DNA of 60,000 bases from Botryllus schlosseri (Eukaryota): the NCBI GenBank assembly GCA_051294905.1, contig CM119371.1:27654001-27714000 (forward strand), read 5' to 3'. Below the pieces are notes generated by a model. That model did not search any database. It saw only the letters and a program-made list of their open reading frames with translations, and was not told the origin of the DNA. The first letter of the stretch is position 1; each line of letters opens with the position of its first letter. This document shows, piece by piece, positions 25,901 through 38,965 of the stretch. The position numbers were made by a program, and so were the translations under genes.

Positions 25901-28900
25901 GTTTCTGGCTACTTAGTTGTAGTGGATTTGAAAAACCTATCACGGATTCATTGACGACACAAGACTGTGACGATATCTTTCAGATACCGGTTTCCTCCGT
26001 ACTTCGCGGTCAAAGTATCTGCAGAAGAACTCGCTTTTCCGATAGCGTATTCCGTCCTCGCCTACGAGAATGTCAATCAGATATTGGTGCTGCTTAGCGC
26101 CATCTACCGCGACCATAACATCCACTGTGTTCATATTGACGCCAAAGCGTCGAAAGAGACTTACAACGCCATGCTACGTGCGAGCGAGTGTTTTCCAAAT
26201 ATCATCGTAGCGAAAGCACGACAAAAAGTCGTTTACGCGCATATTTCGAGACTTTTAGCCGATATCGAATGCATGAAGGAGTTGCTTGAAGTTCGGAAGG
26301 CGTCTTACGACTGGAAATACCTAATTAATCTTTGTTCCCAAGTAAGTGGCGTCTAAACGGTTTGGCTGGCTATGTGATTGCTGAAAAACGGAAGAAATAT
26401 ATGTACCCCCTAAAGTGCATTATGCTTTACGCACCTTCGATCTCAGCGACACAAGATTATGAATAAATAGGATTTGAATATAACTGTAACACTCTCGAGG
26501 TGTAACAGCGGCCTTCTAAAATTTGCTCGATTTGTTAAGATTGAATGCGTATTTCACCGATTTGCGCCATATACCGTGGAGTGCACATCTCTTAAACGTC
26601 ATTTTCTGGTTCCAAATCTTGCTGTCACGCCCTTTCGAGTGGTGGAGATACATCCCATGAGTGTTATAACGAGCTCTGTTCACGTGTATCACCTTATCGA
26701 GCCTTATTGCACTTAGACAGGTAAACACAACCCACTATAATACGTAATACCCCCGTGAGATATGTGTATGAGAATTTGTGTTTTTGACTAGTTTTCATCC
26801 AATAAAACCATGCTAAAGGAGGATTAAGTACGAAAAAGTGTGGATAGATTGAATTCCCCCCGAGCTATAGTGTAAATCTGGAAATACACCGACTTTCCAT
26901 CCGTGTACTCATAGCATCTCAGCGTACATACACAACACTATATTTACTGTAGACACTTTCGATAATATTGTCAGGACTTTCCAACGAGGACAAATCTGGA
27001 AGTCGTGCGACAACTTGAAGAATTTCAGGGATTCAACAGTATCGGCGGCTACTTGGATATCAGCGACCAAATACGGCAAAGAACCCAGTATGTGTGGAAG
27101 TAAGTTGGAGCAAATAGTTAGTCACGTAGCGTAGAATTCTGTGCAGTGTTGCATATCATTTTGTAAAGTTGTGGAAAGTTTGGCGACGGCACAACAACAT
27201 CCTTTTATGATGTTTAGGTTTTGTCTGTGGTACTATTTACTCAAGCATTCTTTTTTTTGTCTTTTTCCATCTGTTCGTGACAGATTTTGAGGCAAAACCG
27301 CTTACTTACTTTGTATCACGTAAAGCAGAGAATAGCTTTCGGATATGTTCCCATTATGTTTTCATTGTAAGTATGCGTGATATTGTGATAACCGGGTGAA
27401 ATGGATCTCGTAACCTTAGCTGAGGATAATTTCGAAAAATACATTTATCTGTGTACAGATTATAGTGGTATTTGTCATTCAGCATTAGCCGCGAAGATGC
27501 ACCCTGCTGTTATTAAAGTAGTCACCACTGATCCGCTACTAAAAGTAGGTTCGTCCAAAGTTCGTCCAAATATGTACTGTTTGAAACTACTTGGAGACAT
27601 TTCCGAACTTCCTTTCCTACTCCCACTTCAAGCAGTTTTGAGATGTCTTGGAAATCTCTATTTCTGCTTGTAATCTATATGGGAAGTTTACAGATTTTAC
27701 ACTTCGATCCTTCAGCTTGAGCACAAAAGCTGAATTCTTCTACCACCTCTGTTAACTGGTGTCGATTAACGGCGGATTCACTTGCCCAAATCACTGTTAA
27801 TGGAAAACGAACCTCTGATGCAGGCTACCCAATTCTGCGCCCAAGAAACACCGGGAATTGCGCCCTATCCGAACTAAACAGAGACACCCCACTCCGCCGT
27901 ATAACATGACCGTGGTGAAGAACCTTGCCTATAACTTTTATACGCGCGGTTTTCTGCGTTGGGCTCTGATGGAGAGCGAGGTGGGTCGAGCGTTACTGGA
28001 ATGGAGCAGAGACACTTACAGCCCGGACGAGCACTTCTGGTTGATGCTGCACAGATACCCGGGCGCTCCCGGCGGTTCGCGACTGGCGAACGGATACCAG
28101 CTTGCGAGGAAAATCGTTTGGAGTAACAACAATAAAAATATATCTTGCCACGGTAAGTAAAGTGTTACCGACATGATAGCGTAATGGTGGATCGTCTTGC
28201 TTCTTGGTTGATCGTGGGTTCAATCCCGACTTGGCCAGAACAAACACCTGATTACTATAGCGATTTTTTTGACATGTCAAAAAAAGTCAAAATTAGGTCA
28301 AAATTGTAGCGTTAGGTCAAAAAATGTCAAAATTGTTTACATAGTTGAAACTTTTTTGCAACCTGCATTTCGTTTGTATCGTAGATTCTGCACTGTCGGT
28401 GAACTTATCATTTGACATTTTACAGCTTGTATAGCCTACTTTATAGGCCTACCGTTGTCGACGGCCCATTGTCTACTCATTGTGAATCATAAACATTCAA
28501 CTGAAACAAATAGGTTGATATGGTGTTATGCTCAACGTACTGCAATATCCCAACCTAAGCAAGACTGCGTGGGCATTGCATGGTTCTTATATCAAGAAGC
28601 GCATGATGAAAAATTATGATGTAAACACCATTGTCAGAGTGAAGCAACATGGTTTGTCACCAGCAGCGTACGCACCACTTCAGTGTTGTCAGCCAACAAC
28701 TTCTGCTGTTGATCGTTCTTTCTCCATTCTTGGCAAGCTACTTAGTAAGGACAGACACTTTCTACCCGAAATTGTAGGAAAGTATCTTTCGTTGTACTAC
28801 AATTATTTTTAATCATTTCTCCCATAATGCATAATGTATCAACTGGAATTCTTCATAGGGCCAGATTTCGTTTAAATAAAGTTTTTTTCATGTGAAAATT

Positions 28901-30995
28901 TGTCAGTTTTGGAGGCCAAACTACTTCGTAAAGACAGACAGTTCCAACCAGAAATGAAAATGAGTATTACAATTCTAACATCATGTGATAAACCCCGAAT
29001 TTCCATATGTTAGGTCAATTTGGTCAACATGAAGATTTTTTAAAGTGAAAAAAAGTCAAAATTAAGATTTTTAGGCCGAAATCTTACGTTTTTTGAGTAA
29101 ACAAAATTGCCCTACTAATTACTAACACTGGTATCCATGACTTCCCCGCTTGGCGCTCAGCATGACCCGGATAGCATGGATGGGCGGTGTAAGACTTAGG
29201 AAGCCATACTAGGCTATATCTGTACCTTCCTTGTCCCGCGGCATCTGCACATCATGCACTCATGGTTTGCATATGCAACGATCGCGTGTTTGTATATGAT
29301 GAGAGGGTGTCAATATGCCTCAAAAAACAACACGGGCAAAAGCGTACAACGTCCTCCCCTCGCAGTAAAGTCGATTTAATATGCGAAAGATTTTGCTTAC
29401 TTGCACTACTTAGTTGGGTATGTTTTTAGACAACCTTCACTTCTGCTTGAAGGTGTTTAAGGTGAAACTAGTTGATTTTTACCTTATGAATTTTTAAAAG
29501 TAGAAGGTAGTTCCAGGTGAGTACTCGAATCTGAATCGAGTAATTATTTTAATGATTCGATTCGAATAGCAAAATACGATCGTTTCGAGTAGTGAAATTA
29601 TACGTACCTCGCTACTGAAAGTTATTTTAGCAACGAAAATTGTGGTTTCGATACTATTTTCCACTGTTGCAGCCTTGAAACCTAATTTGAAGCCGTATCA
29701 CAGCATATGAAACAAAATTGTAGTACAAAGCTACGACGGTTACTGGAAAATATTACCGAAATCATGATCATCCCACAACATTGTCACAAAGTGCAATGAA
29801 ATCGTCAGGGTATCTTCAATGTGGTGTTTGTGTCGAGATAGCGTAGTTGGGGAAGCGAGTGGCGCAGTTGGTAAACACTGTAGTCACGGCACCAATGGAC
29901 GCTGGTTCGAATCCCGCTTCTGACCAACGTCTACGTGTCGGAGGTTTATCTGGGCTCCTCATCGCCGATCTCACTACTACGGTAGTGCATTGAAAAGCCC
30001 AGTCTGAAAGTGAGCGTAAGTCGGCAGCAGAGACCACGAGGGGGACGCATGGGAGCGAGAGACAATGAAGATAACTGCGAGAGAGAATGAAAAAGACGTT
30101 CCCAACAAGACAAAAAAGCAAAAGATCAATGAACTTTATGAAATTCATGTCGTGGAGCACTGTGTTGTGCCGATTTATATAACACAATACAATTCTGCTG
30201 GTTTTTTTCGCCATATCCAAAGATATTTTTGTATATCTATGAATAAACGGTTAGACCATCAATACAAATCTGAATATGTTTCCGAATTCTCGGAGGTACA
30301 GAACTTATTCATATTGAAATTTTCGGGGACACCCGTCAACTCCAATCGTCACAACTAACAGAGAATTGGAACGAACACTGCATTTGGTGACACTAATGGT
30401 GTCACCAAATATGACATCACATGCATGCAATATCGACTAATCGTGTCGTTTGTTTTAGGCAGCCACACATTTTAATCACTATAACCGTGAAATTGTCAAA
30501 CAAGTTGTTTTTCTTGAACAGCGTCTACCCATAGTTTTATGATATCTCACGCATTTCATCATTGCCGTGACTAGCGTGACTGAGCGCAGCGCCAGCGTGC
30601 AATTCTCCTGTTTCCGCTCCGGAAGCAATTGCTTCACCAATACCGCTCAATCTTGTCAATTCGCGCTTCAATGCTCATTATCGTATACTCACCACTGACG
30701 CATAGATATCTTTCGCGTACTCACGACCAGCGTGTGATCTACAGGCGAATGGAGACACGGGATATGCGTCATTGGAGCTGAAGACGTGTGGCGAGTTTCG
30801 GAAGCCAGAGACCTGTTCATCAACAAATTCGACATTGCGCTGGACAGCGCAGGGACCACATGCATGCGCCAATTGCTGGACGAAAGAGCTACGGTTCCGA
30901 ATAGCCACAGAGGTGATGGAAACGCTGATAAGATTCCGGATATTCCTCCGAAGGTCTTCTTTGAGAAGGAACTCACTAGCGCTGGACCTTCTTGA
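22993..30995 (+). CDS. GCNT: Core-2/I-branching beta-1,6-N-acetylglucosaminyltransferase (GT14), copy 1, 5 coding exons, 485 aa
   Basis: Exons 22993-23387, 25984-26341, 26975-27099, 27824-28152 and 30745-30995 (1458 nt, GT-AG, phases 2/0/2/1). Type II TM N-terminus. Motifs EELAFPIAYS, CVHIDAK, WKYLINLCSQDFPTRTNLEVV, DTYSPDEHFW, CHGEWRHGICVIG and LFINKFD. Confidence 0.93.
23858..24053 (-). mobile_element. ~196-bp hAT MITE (same family as 8277-8456) in intron 1 of GCNT copy 1
   Basis: TIR caatgttccctcta / tagagggaacatcg with TSD gtcttatt/gtcttaat. Absent from the paralogous intron near 40190. Confidence 0.85.
24975..25245 (-). mobile_element. tRNA-derived SINE, antisense in intron 1
   Basis: The reverse complement begins agatagcgtaatggtgaagc (A-box-like), followed by a B-box-like ggtacgatccc and the tail motif tggtatccatg shared with ~29130. 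Confidence 0.55.
28168..29330 (+). mobile_element. tRNA-derived SINE in intron 4, split by a hAT insertion; paralogous copy starts at 44061
   Basis: A-box-like tagcgtaatgg and B-box ggttcaatcc. Continues at 29123 with taacactggtatccatgacttcccc. This site is uninterrupted in copy 2 (44061-44250). Confidence 0.65.
28256..29114 (+). mobile_element. Deleted hAT element with a transposase C-terminal relic
   Basis: Termini tatagcgattt / aaattgcccta with TSD ctgattac/ctaattac and gtcaaaa subterminal repeats. ORF 28528-28812 has PTTSAVDRSFSILGKLL..R.F, which is hAT dimerization-like. Confidence 0.8.
29851..30125 (+). mobile_element. tRNA-derived SINE with intact Pol III boxes
   Basis: A-box TGGCGCAGTTGG (29860-29871), B-box GGTTCGAATCC (29904-29914), shared SINE body and A-rich tail. 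Confidence 0.75.
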
Positions 30996-32652
30996 TGTGC
31001 GCCATCGAAGAGAGTATTCATCATTTTTAAATCCGAATCCTGTTCCGCACTTTAGCTCCAACTCCAAAGCGAATCCCGAACGAATTCGAGATTCGTTCGA
31101 ATGTCGCATGGAAATTGACAAGTATTGGGGACTATGTGAAGATTTTGTCATGTAGTCAACGCTGCTACCGAAGTAGTAATTTCAAAGACATGTCCAAGCT
31201 ACTCCAAGTGGAAATAGAGAACTAAAATTTGAAACGTGCTGAAGTAAGTAGTTTAAAAAAGTAGATTTGCCAGTGTGTTCGCACACTTTAAGCTATGAAC
31301 CGTGGGTGGCAACTTTCTTAATTGCCGGGTGCAGCTTCCTTCGCGGCTAATGCAAAGTGACCAATGACTCTACGAATAGGTGCAATTCCCGAAAATATAT
31401 TCAGGTTCAGTTATCGTGATACAGGGCTATCGCGCTCAGTCTTCAAGAGAATTGCACTAAAAAAATGACGCAAGGACATTACAAAACTGCCTTTTATTTT
31501 GCGACATCTAGAATGTATAAAGTAAGCAGTCTTGCCTAAAAACTGCTAGCTAGAAGTGGGTCTAGTCTAAAAGCATTAACACTGGAGTAAGCATGGTATA
31601 AGTGAGCAAACCTACCTGGGTACTCGTATAAATCAGAGCTGCTTCAGTACTGGCCACCTCTGACTACATGTCACAGGCCGATACCGTTTTAGATCTTCAA
31701 ATCCTAATCCATTATCAATGCCCGTATCTGATATCTGTGCGACATCAGGCGAAATTTACTGATATTTTGCTTAAGTGGACAGACATTCAGGTGGATAAGC
31801 AATAGGCATATCCTAGTGGTACGCTGCTACAGTTTGGCGATAAAGTGCGACAGGCGTAGTAACTAAATAATGGTGGCTCCAAATCCGAATTACAACGCTG
31901 AGTCAGTCCATAACCGAATATTGTGATGGCGGTGGAAACAGCGCATAAATGTCTCGCAACCGCAATACTTTTCGATTGTAAACGCCCTGTCCTGAAAGTA
32001 TGATAATTATCTCTGTTGCAGTGCGATAAATGAAGGTTTATGGCTCGGGTACAAGCATTAGACGTTATTGACTTATTGCTGTACATTACAGCCTTAATAC
32101 ATCTGCTACCATGCCATATGCGCGCTGAACGAGATGACGTATAGTGTGAACGAGGGTGATGTGAATATTTGATGAATGGTAATCATAGATGTTCGCTGTA
32201 ACGTGGTAAAACATCAAGTGATATTCACCAATTTTCATTACGTTGCTATCACATGATTATTATCAGAAGAATGTTAAAGGGAACGAATTTCCAAATCTTC
32301 GCAATTTCGTTAGTTTTCGTTTTATTATTATTTGTTATTTCTACACGGCTTAAGTTTCAACTGCACGCGATATCTAATTTTATGCATTTCATATGACGTA
32401 TGACAATAATACGGCGCGACAACTTCTTTCCCAGCATGTTACGTGTAAATTGCGGAGATATCGCATCGAGGGTCAGACTTCAGACACCGTTTGCAGTAAT
32501 AACAGTCGGCTACCAAAGCGTAGGCTATACATACAGGTATTTGAGAGTACGAATACCTCGGACAGCTGAGGTATCTGAAGGTAAAACCGGCCAAATCCGA
32601 AGCATCAAGTGCCAGAATCCGAAAAATACGTATGGAATATCATTGTCTAAAA

Positions 32653-33872
32653 CAGTGGTTCTTAACCTTTTTTCTCCAGTGCCCCCTTTCAAAAATTGCT
32701 TGGGTCTGGCTTCCCCCTGTTTCCAGGACTGGAGTTGAAATAATGGGTAAGCGTTTGAAGTCCGGATTCGGGTTGGGACTTCACTATAAGAGCACACGAC
32801 TAATTAATGGTATAATCGTATGTGCTATTTTCGGGATCAAATCCAGGTTGTTATAATAACCTCCGGGTAAGGCCGACGTGAGTGGTTCAATGGTTCCCAA
32901 CCCAGGCCGTAACAGCACTTTGCCAGCCCCCCCCCCCAAAAAAAAAACGTTGGTCTTGGGCCCCCCATATGTTGATGAACCGAACTTTTTGGGGTTTCGC
33001 CCCCCAGACCCCACTCAGGTTTTTCGCTTATTACCGTTAATTACTTATCTTCTACATTACGGGCCGTTTAGTGGGTCAGCGCGAAAATTTTATATAATTC
33101 ATGATTCAATCGGTCAATATGATTGGGAATTGCGTGTATGTTGCTATCAAATTTTTTAGGCTAAACTGACAATTTAATGCCCCAATGGCTGAAATCCAGA
33201 AGAAAAAGTTATTTTTGAACAGCCCCAATGTACAAGTGAAGAACTATAGGTGCCTTATCCCCAAAATTTTAGTGAACCAAATTCAATATGACCATTGAGC
33301 ATACGTCTAAACCACATTTTCACTTGATTTTGTAGTCGTACAGAGCAATAAAATAAAACGGAATACAACCAAGTTCCCCTATTCGCCAATCGTGGAGATC
33401 AATGCAGGATGTGTACATTAAACTCTAACACAATTGGTAATAAAGGTATGAGCCCGTACCCGACCCGCGCATCTCGAATATAGTTCGTACAATTATTAGA
33501 TCATTAATTCGTCGAGTGGTCATTGGGCGCGATACAAGCGTGAAATGCTTCCAATACTGTGAAGACCGACATGACTGATACGACATCTTCTCAATCTTTT
33601 TTCGTGCAATCCTTAAAATATGGGGGATGCCAGACCATTCGGAGTTCTGAAAAGGTGGAAAAAAGGTTCAGAACCACTGTACCATAGAATCATATGTGCT
33701 AGGGAGAACTACTACATCATCTACTCCACTGTTACGCCATTTTTCTTCAACGCCCCCATACCACCTCCCAGAGATCAGCGCCCCCCTCCCCGTATCGCCC
33801 CAAGTGTTTCCGTCCCCTTCAAAATCCAAATCGCCCCTTGGGAGGCGCTGGAGACAAAGTTAAGAACCACCG
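32653..33872 (+). mobile_element. hAT-like non-autonomous element with internal insertions; related copy at ~52270-53570
   Basis: TIR cagtggttcttaac / gttaagaaccaccg. Both end regions match 52270-52510 and 53510-53570. Confidence 0.65.
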
Positions 33873-34299
33873 CTTCCGATGCTTTAGCTTAGGCCAGTAA
33901 GCGATCTTTTTGGATTTGTATGCTAGGTTGAAAACTCGGGATGTTTTTGGGACTTGCATCCGGTAAATCAGAACCGCTATAGTTTACTCACAAGTAAATT
34001 ACTATGAATTCAATCACTAATGAATGTGTATCACTAACGAATGTGTATTAACGGTTTGACTTTTGTGATGACAATTATTTCATCGGGTGGAAATGGAAAA
34101 AGTTGAATCGATGCTACTAATCAACAAAAATACAAAACGGTGTTACCAGATTTATGTGTAGGATGTGATTCCGATTTCTTTGATGGTGTGCATTCTACCA
34201 ATAAGCCCAGTGCAATCAACTACGATGCGTTTACAAAACGCCTTACAAATTGTTTTTGCGATGTCAACGACTTTCAGGTGTTTGGTTTCGATGCCCATT

Positions 34300-35570
34300 C
34301 ATTAAAGACTGTCTGACAACGGTATTGTACCATTCTGCAATACAATGACTGGTTGAGGTAAATGATCTAATTTCCAATTAATCCGATACACGAATCTGTT
34401 TTTACAAATCGGGACGTTACTAATGATGTTTCTTAAAGGTTTGCTGTTGTCAATGGAATACACCTTTTTACACCAAAGGCTTTTATTAACTAAGACAAAC
34501 AGTGAATGGAACGCAATGGTTTTATACCTAGGCCTACAGTACATATCGTTCACATAATCAACCAATTCAGCGATAATAGCAAAACCCGAAATGAGACGAT
34601 AGCGATCAGCCCATTTGCTGATATCGTATGACACCCTTCTTGAATTCATATAAACCAAGCAAGGTCTTTGTGTGCTTTGAATTGTGTGACATTTATTTTA
34701 TTGGATAGAAATGAAACGATGTGTTATAGTTACTACAAATGAACAACGATACAAAACACATTTAGCAGATTTCAGTTTGGCACATATCTCGATTTCTTTG
34801 ATATTATGAGTATTACTCAAATCCACTTGAATAGGATGCCTATCGAAAACATATTCCGCATTACTTTTGTGATGATCAAAGTATTTGTGAAAATCTTCAC
34901 AGAGCTCACGATGTTTTATACTTAACGCGTTGAGCTATTACCAAACATAGCGACAGACGAAACGGAAATCGAACGCGTGCTTGATTTAGATTGACAACTA
35001 CATCGAGTTTGATGCGTTCAATGTTGTACTTGGAAACACCGATTTACGACTGAGTCAGGTAGATTCATCTTCTATATCTGTAGGTACAACAACTCTTTCG
35101 CAACTTTGGTTACATTCATTCATAATGAATTGTTGATTGCAATCTAAAACACCGATATAGAGTTGAAGATGAATGATTTGCTTTTATCAAAGAATCAGCT
35201 GAAAATTACTTTGGTTTCGGCGCCGGGTGTGATGCAATTTGTATGACTGATATATAGACTATAACTAATCCAATTCTACAATTTGAAATGTCACTTTAAA
35301 CAAACGTTCGACGACTTGCATTCTAATATTGACAGATGTGTTAATCATGATTACCAGCTTATAAAATCTCGGTAGTGTTTTTTACGTGTGTGAGCGCATT
35401 TCCTGTTGAATTAAGAAAGATAGCTCGTTGAAGTAAGAATAATAGCGAGATCAATAATGATGGTCTGTATTCTACATATAACTGAAGTCTACCCGAATAG
35501 GATGGATGTAGCAAACTTGCTTTCATGATGATCAAAGAGTTTGTCAAAATCTTCAGATCCTGAAACATTG
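34300..35570. pseudogene. Eroded LINE (CR1/L2-like) reverse transcriptase fragments in both orientations
   Basis: Minus ORF 34302-34658 echoes the YRPIS, D.SKAF and L..YGI.G segments. Duplicated tgatgatcaaag..tttgt.aaaatcttca occurs at ~34870 and ~35525, and a related fragment lies at ~36350-36450. Confidence 0.35.
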
Positions 35571-35608
35571 GATCTTTATTACGACGGGTAAGTTACAAGT
35601 GGTTAAAA

Positions 35609-36321
35609 CCGGGGTGGGCAAAATACGGCCCGGAACGCCGTTTTGTGCGGCCCGCTAAAGTCTAAAGAAAGCATAATGTGTACTAAAGTGTAATTTCGCC
35701 GCGTCTTGGCAATACGTTTTCTTAATATATTTCCTCGTGACAATGACAAGTTGTAGTTTCATTCCTGATGTAGCAGCCTGATCTCAAGGCCCACGCATTT
35801 TCAAACGTTTCAGTTGGTATCCATCACAGAAATTCAAAACGGAATTATCATAATTCGGATCATGAGTGCGATCTAAAATTGGTAACTCCAGCAATTTTAT
35901 TACTTTTATTACTGTCTTTGCGACACCTATTTGCGGGTGTGTCTGTCAACATTGCCTGTCCTGGAGGTGAACCAAAAGTAGAATAAGCAAATCAATGAAC
36001 AGATCGTTCCTCACATATTTTAATTTACATCATCTTCAAAGAATTGACACAGCCGCCATTCATCCCAAATTTTATCAAATTGATTATTGAGGACGACCAG
36101 CCTATATTATGTTATCTATGTTTCTGACGTGTGTACATTATTATTTGCTTGGTTTTAAATATGTACACAGGCTACATATCATCTCCATAATTCCTCGGTC
36201 GCTATACAATTAAATAACAATATTGCGCTCTAGCAAATAAACCAAAATTAATATAGTGCGGCCCGCAAATGGATTCAGATGTTGAATGCGGCCCACTAGC
36301 TGAAAAGTTTGTCCACCCCTA
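35609..36321 (+). mobile_element. hAT/Charlie-like MITE
   Basis: Termini ccggggtgggcaaa / tttgtccacccct with tgcggcccgc subterminal repeats. No clear TSD. Confidence 0.7.
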
Positions 36322-36755
36322 TGCGATGGCGATATTGATAACATTATAACATTATGCAATACACTGGTTGGATATCGTTAACATGGATTAATTTCCAATC
36401 AACTCTAAATCAGACATACGAATCTGTTTATTACGACGTTTCCTAAATATTTGTTGATACCAAAACCAGACCAAGTTTGCGTGAAAAACTTATAATCAAG
36501 AAATGATCGACTGATAAAATCGCGTATTTGAAATCAATGTGCTAATAATGACGTTTATATCATGATCACTTGATAACCGATGAAATGGATCGAAGGTCGA
36601 AACAACTCGAAAAACATCAAATTATCTTTATGGCATATCTTATTTTATTTGTGACCGCGTAAAATGGATATTTGAACCTTCCATAGCATACATGCGTCTA
36701 TGACGTCATAAACACCGGTAGGCGAATACTCGGCAAAATCGAGTAGCCTACATAT

Positions 36756-37683
36756 CAGTGTTGGGATCAAGTCACTACCTTCGAGTCACGAGTCATCTCG
36801 AGTCATTGCACATTTTGACTCGAGTCAAGTCAAGTCAATCGATTTTCAAAGGTGACTCGAGTCAAGTCAAGTCACTCGTTTTTTGGATGTGACTCGAGTC
36901 AAGTCAAGTCAAGTCAAGTCGAGTCACGAGTCAAGTCACAATTCAAGTCAAATTGAATTTTCGAAGTGTCAGTGACGATTCAAAGTCATTACATTTTGCT
37001 AGCTGTGTGTAAGATTATAATTTGCCATTTATCTTGCATCAAATAACTAATATAAAGCTTAATATGCATGCAAGAAGGCGTCTATCACGCACACGTAGAA
37101 CCGCAAATATAATAAGAGACTATGTATAGCTATGCTACAGTCTGTTATAATATCGGCCAATAGGTTCGAATACGAAGCCTCGAGAAGTTGTAGCAAATTG
37201 ATATGAATTTGAATCTTTCAAGAGGGTTGGTAAAGGTGATCACTGTGCGATCAGTAACACTGAGCCGTCCAAGAAACATAGATATGTTAATTGCTATTGT
37301 ATTCTTATTCTTCTTCCACTACTACTATACTACTACGATAGCGTAACCTGTAATCATTTCGTCTGTGGTCAATATATTTGTGATGCAATAATGGAGGATC
37401 ATTCAAACGTACATTCAGTGAATTCCTGGTTACTCTCACAAGTGACACAAGCGTATCGCGAACAATGCGAACATATGCACAAAATACACTGATTTGATTG
37501 ATACCGTTTACTTGATGACTTGAAATTGACTCGTAAATTTTGGTCCGAGTCACGAGTCAATCGGCATTTTTGAAGCGCCGAGTCAAGTCAAGTCAAGTCA
37601 TTTTTACAAAGTGACTCGAGTCAAGTCAAGTCATACGAAAAAGTGACTCGAGTCAAGTCATGACTCGAGTCATCCCAACACTG
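36756..37683 (+). mobile_element. hAT MITE with (GACTCGAGTC)/(GTCAA)n subterminal arrays, copy A
   Basis: TIR cagtgttgggat / atcccaacactg with perfect TSD CTACATAT. Confidence 0.92.
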
Positions 37684-37898
37684 CTACATATGTGATTCGG
37701 TTCAGAATCGGGAAATCTGGTATTCGAATATACCTGATTATGACGTCACAACAGTATAGCTGGACCAGTGATAATTTTGTAGTTATTCAACCATACCTAT
37801 TCCATTGCAATTTCTGACAATGCCGTGGTCTGATCAAGACTTTATAGATATACATCTCATTTCCGGTAACGGTCGTAGCTTTGTATCTTACTGCATAC

Positions 37899-38872
37899 CA
37901 GTGTTGGGATGACTCGAGTCATGACTTGACTTGACTCGAGTCACTTTGAAAAAATGACTTGACTTGACTTGACTCGACGCTTCAAAAATGCAGATTGACT
38001 CGTCACTCGGAGCAAAATTTACGAGTCAATTTCAAGACATCAAGTATTCTGTGTCGATGAAAATTGCTGTATCTTTCATATGTTCGGTTTGTTCGCGATA
38101 CGCTGCTGTGACCTGTGAGAGCGACAGATTTCATTCATTGACTGATTTCGCGTTTCACTGAACCTCCATTGTTCTATCTATCTATAAATTAACCGCAAAC
38201 GAAGTGATTAGAGCTTACAGCGTACGTTGTCGACCGTTAACTATCAGGAAAGCAATATAATAACTAAGTATCCGTTTCAGTTCTATAGACTGGTTTTAAA
38301 TGATTTAAATTGAATTCGTATAATTTATATTACTCGTAAACCATTAGCGGAGGCTTAAATTGTATCCCATGGATATGTAATTGGGTATTGCATCATATCA
38401 TTTCGTTTCAAGTATCTGAGGTTTCATATTCTATTCTCTATTTTGGCGATTTATATAGATGTAGACGTAGGGTATACAGTTAATTACGTAATTTACCAAT
38501 TTTACTCCAGCTAGAACTACAGAACGCCTTTTTCTATGACTATTTAATTCCATGTTCGGACCTCGATTTAAAATCAATGGCTAGTGCAATGACTTAATCC
38601 TACCTCGTACTTCGAAAAGACAACTTCACTTGAATTGTGACTCGACTCGAGAATTGACTTGACTTGACTTGACTCGACTTGACTCGAGTCACTTTCAAAA
38701 ATCGACCGACTTGACTTGACTCGACTTGACTCGTCAATTGACTTGACTTGACTTTACTCGACTTGACTCGAGTCACCACCAAAAATCGAGTGACTAGACT
38801 TGACTCGAGTCAAAATGAGCAGTGACTCGAGATGACTTGTGGCTCGAAGGTAGTGACTTGATCCCAAAACTG
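37899..38872 (-). mobile_element. Same MITE family, copy B, inverted relative to A
   Basis: TIR cagtgttgggat / atcccaaaactg with perfect TSD CTGCATAC and (TTGAC)n arrays. Confidence 0.92.
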
Positions 38873-38965
38873 CTGCATACATGTCTATGTGCTACGATAA
38901 ACTGTTTATATCAATTAATGGTTCCACCAGGCGTAATTTCCGTAAAGTTAACATGATTAAAAGCT

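Noticed and set aside
26474..26728. Intronic ORF also open in the paralog (42264-42596)
   Set aside because: Non-ATG start, differing lengths and no recognisable domain; explained by recent duplication.
29851..29925. Functional tRNA gene
   Set aside because: It has A/B boxes but no convincing cloverleaf, and it continues into a repeated SINE body.
30678..31155. Overlapping ORFs 30678-31151(-), 30689-31024(-), 30772-31155(+) and their equivalents near 46412-46807
   Set aside because: Shadow frames of the GCNT last exon; the true frame reads GEWRHGICV..NKFD.
36780..38860. (GTCAA)n/(TTGAC)n arrays as satellite or coding sequence (ORF 38600-38782)
   Set aside because: They are subterminal repeats of TIR/TSD-bounded MITEs, and the ORF is a low-complexity by-product.
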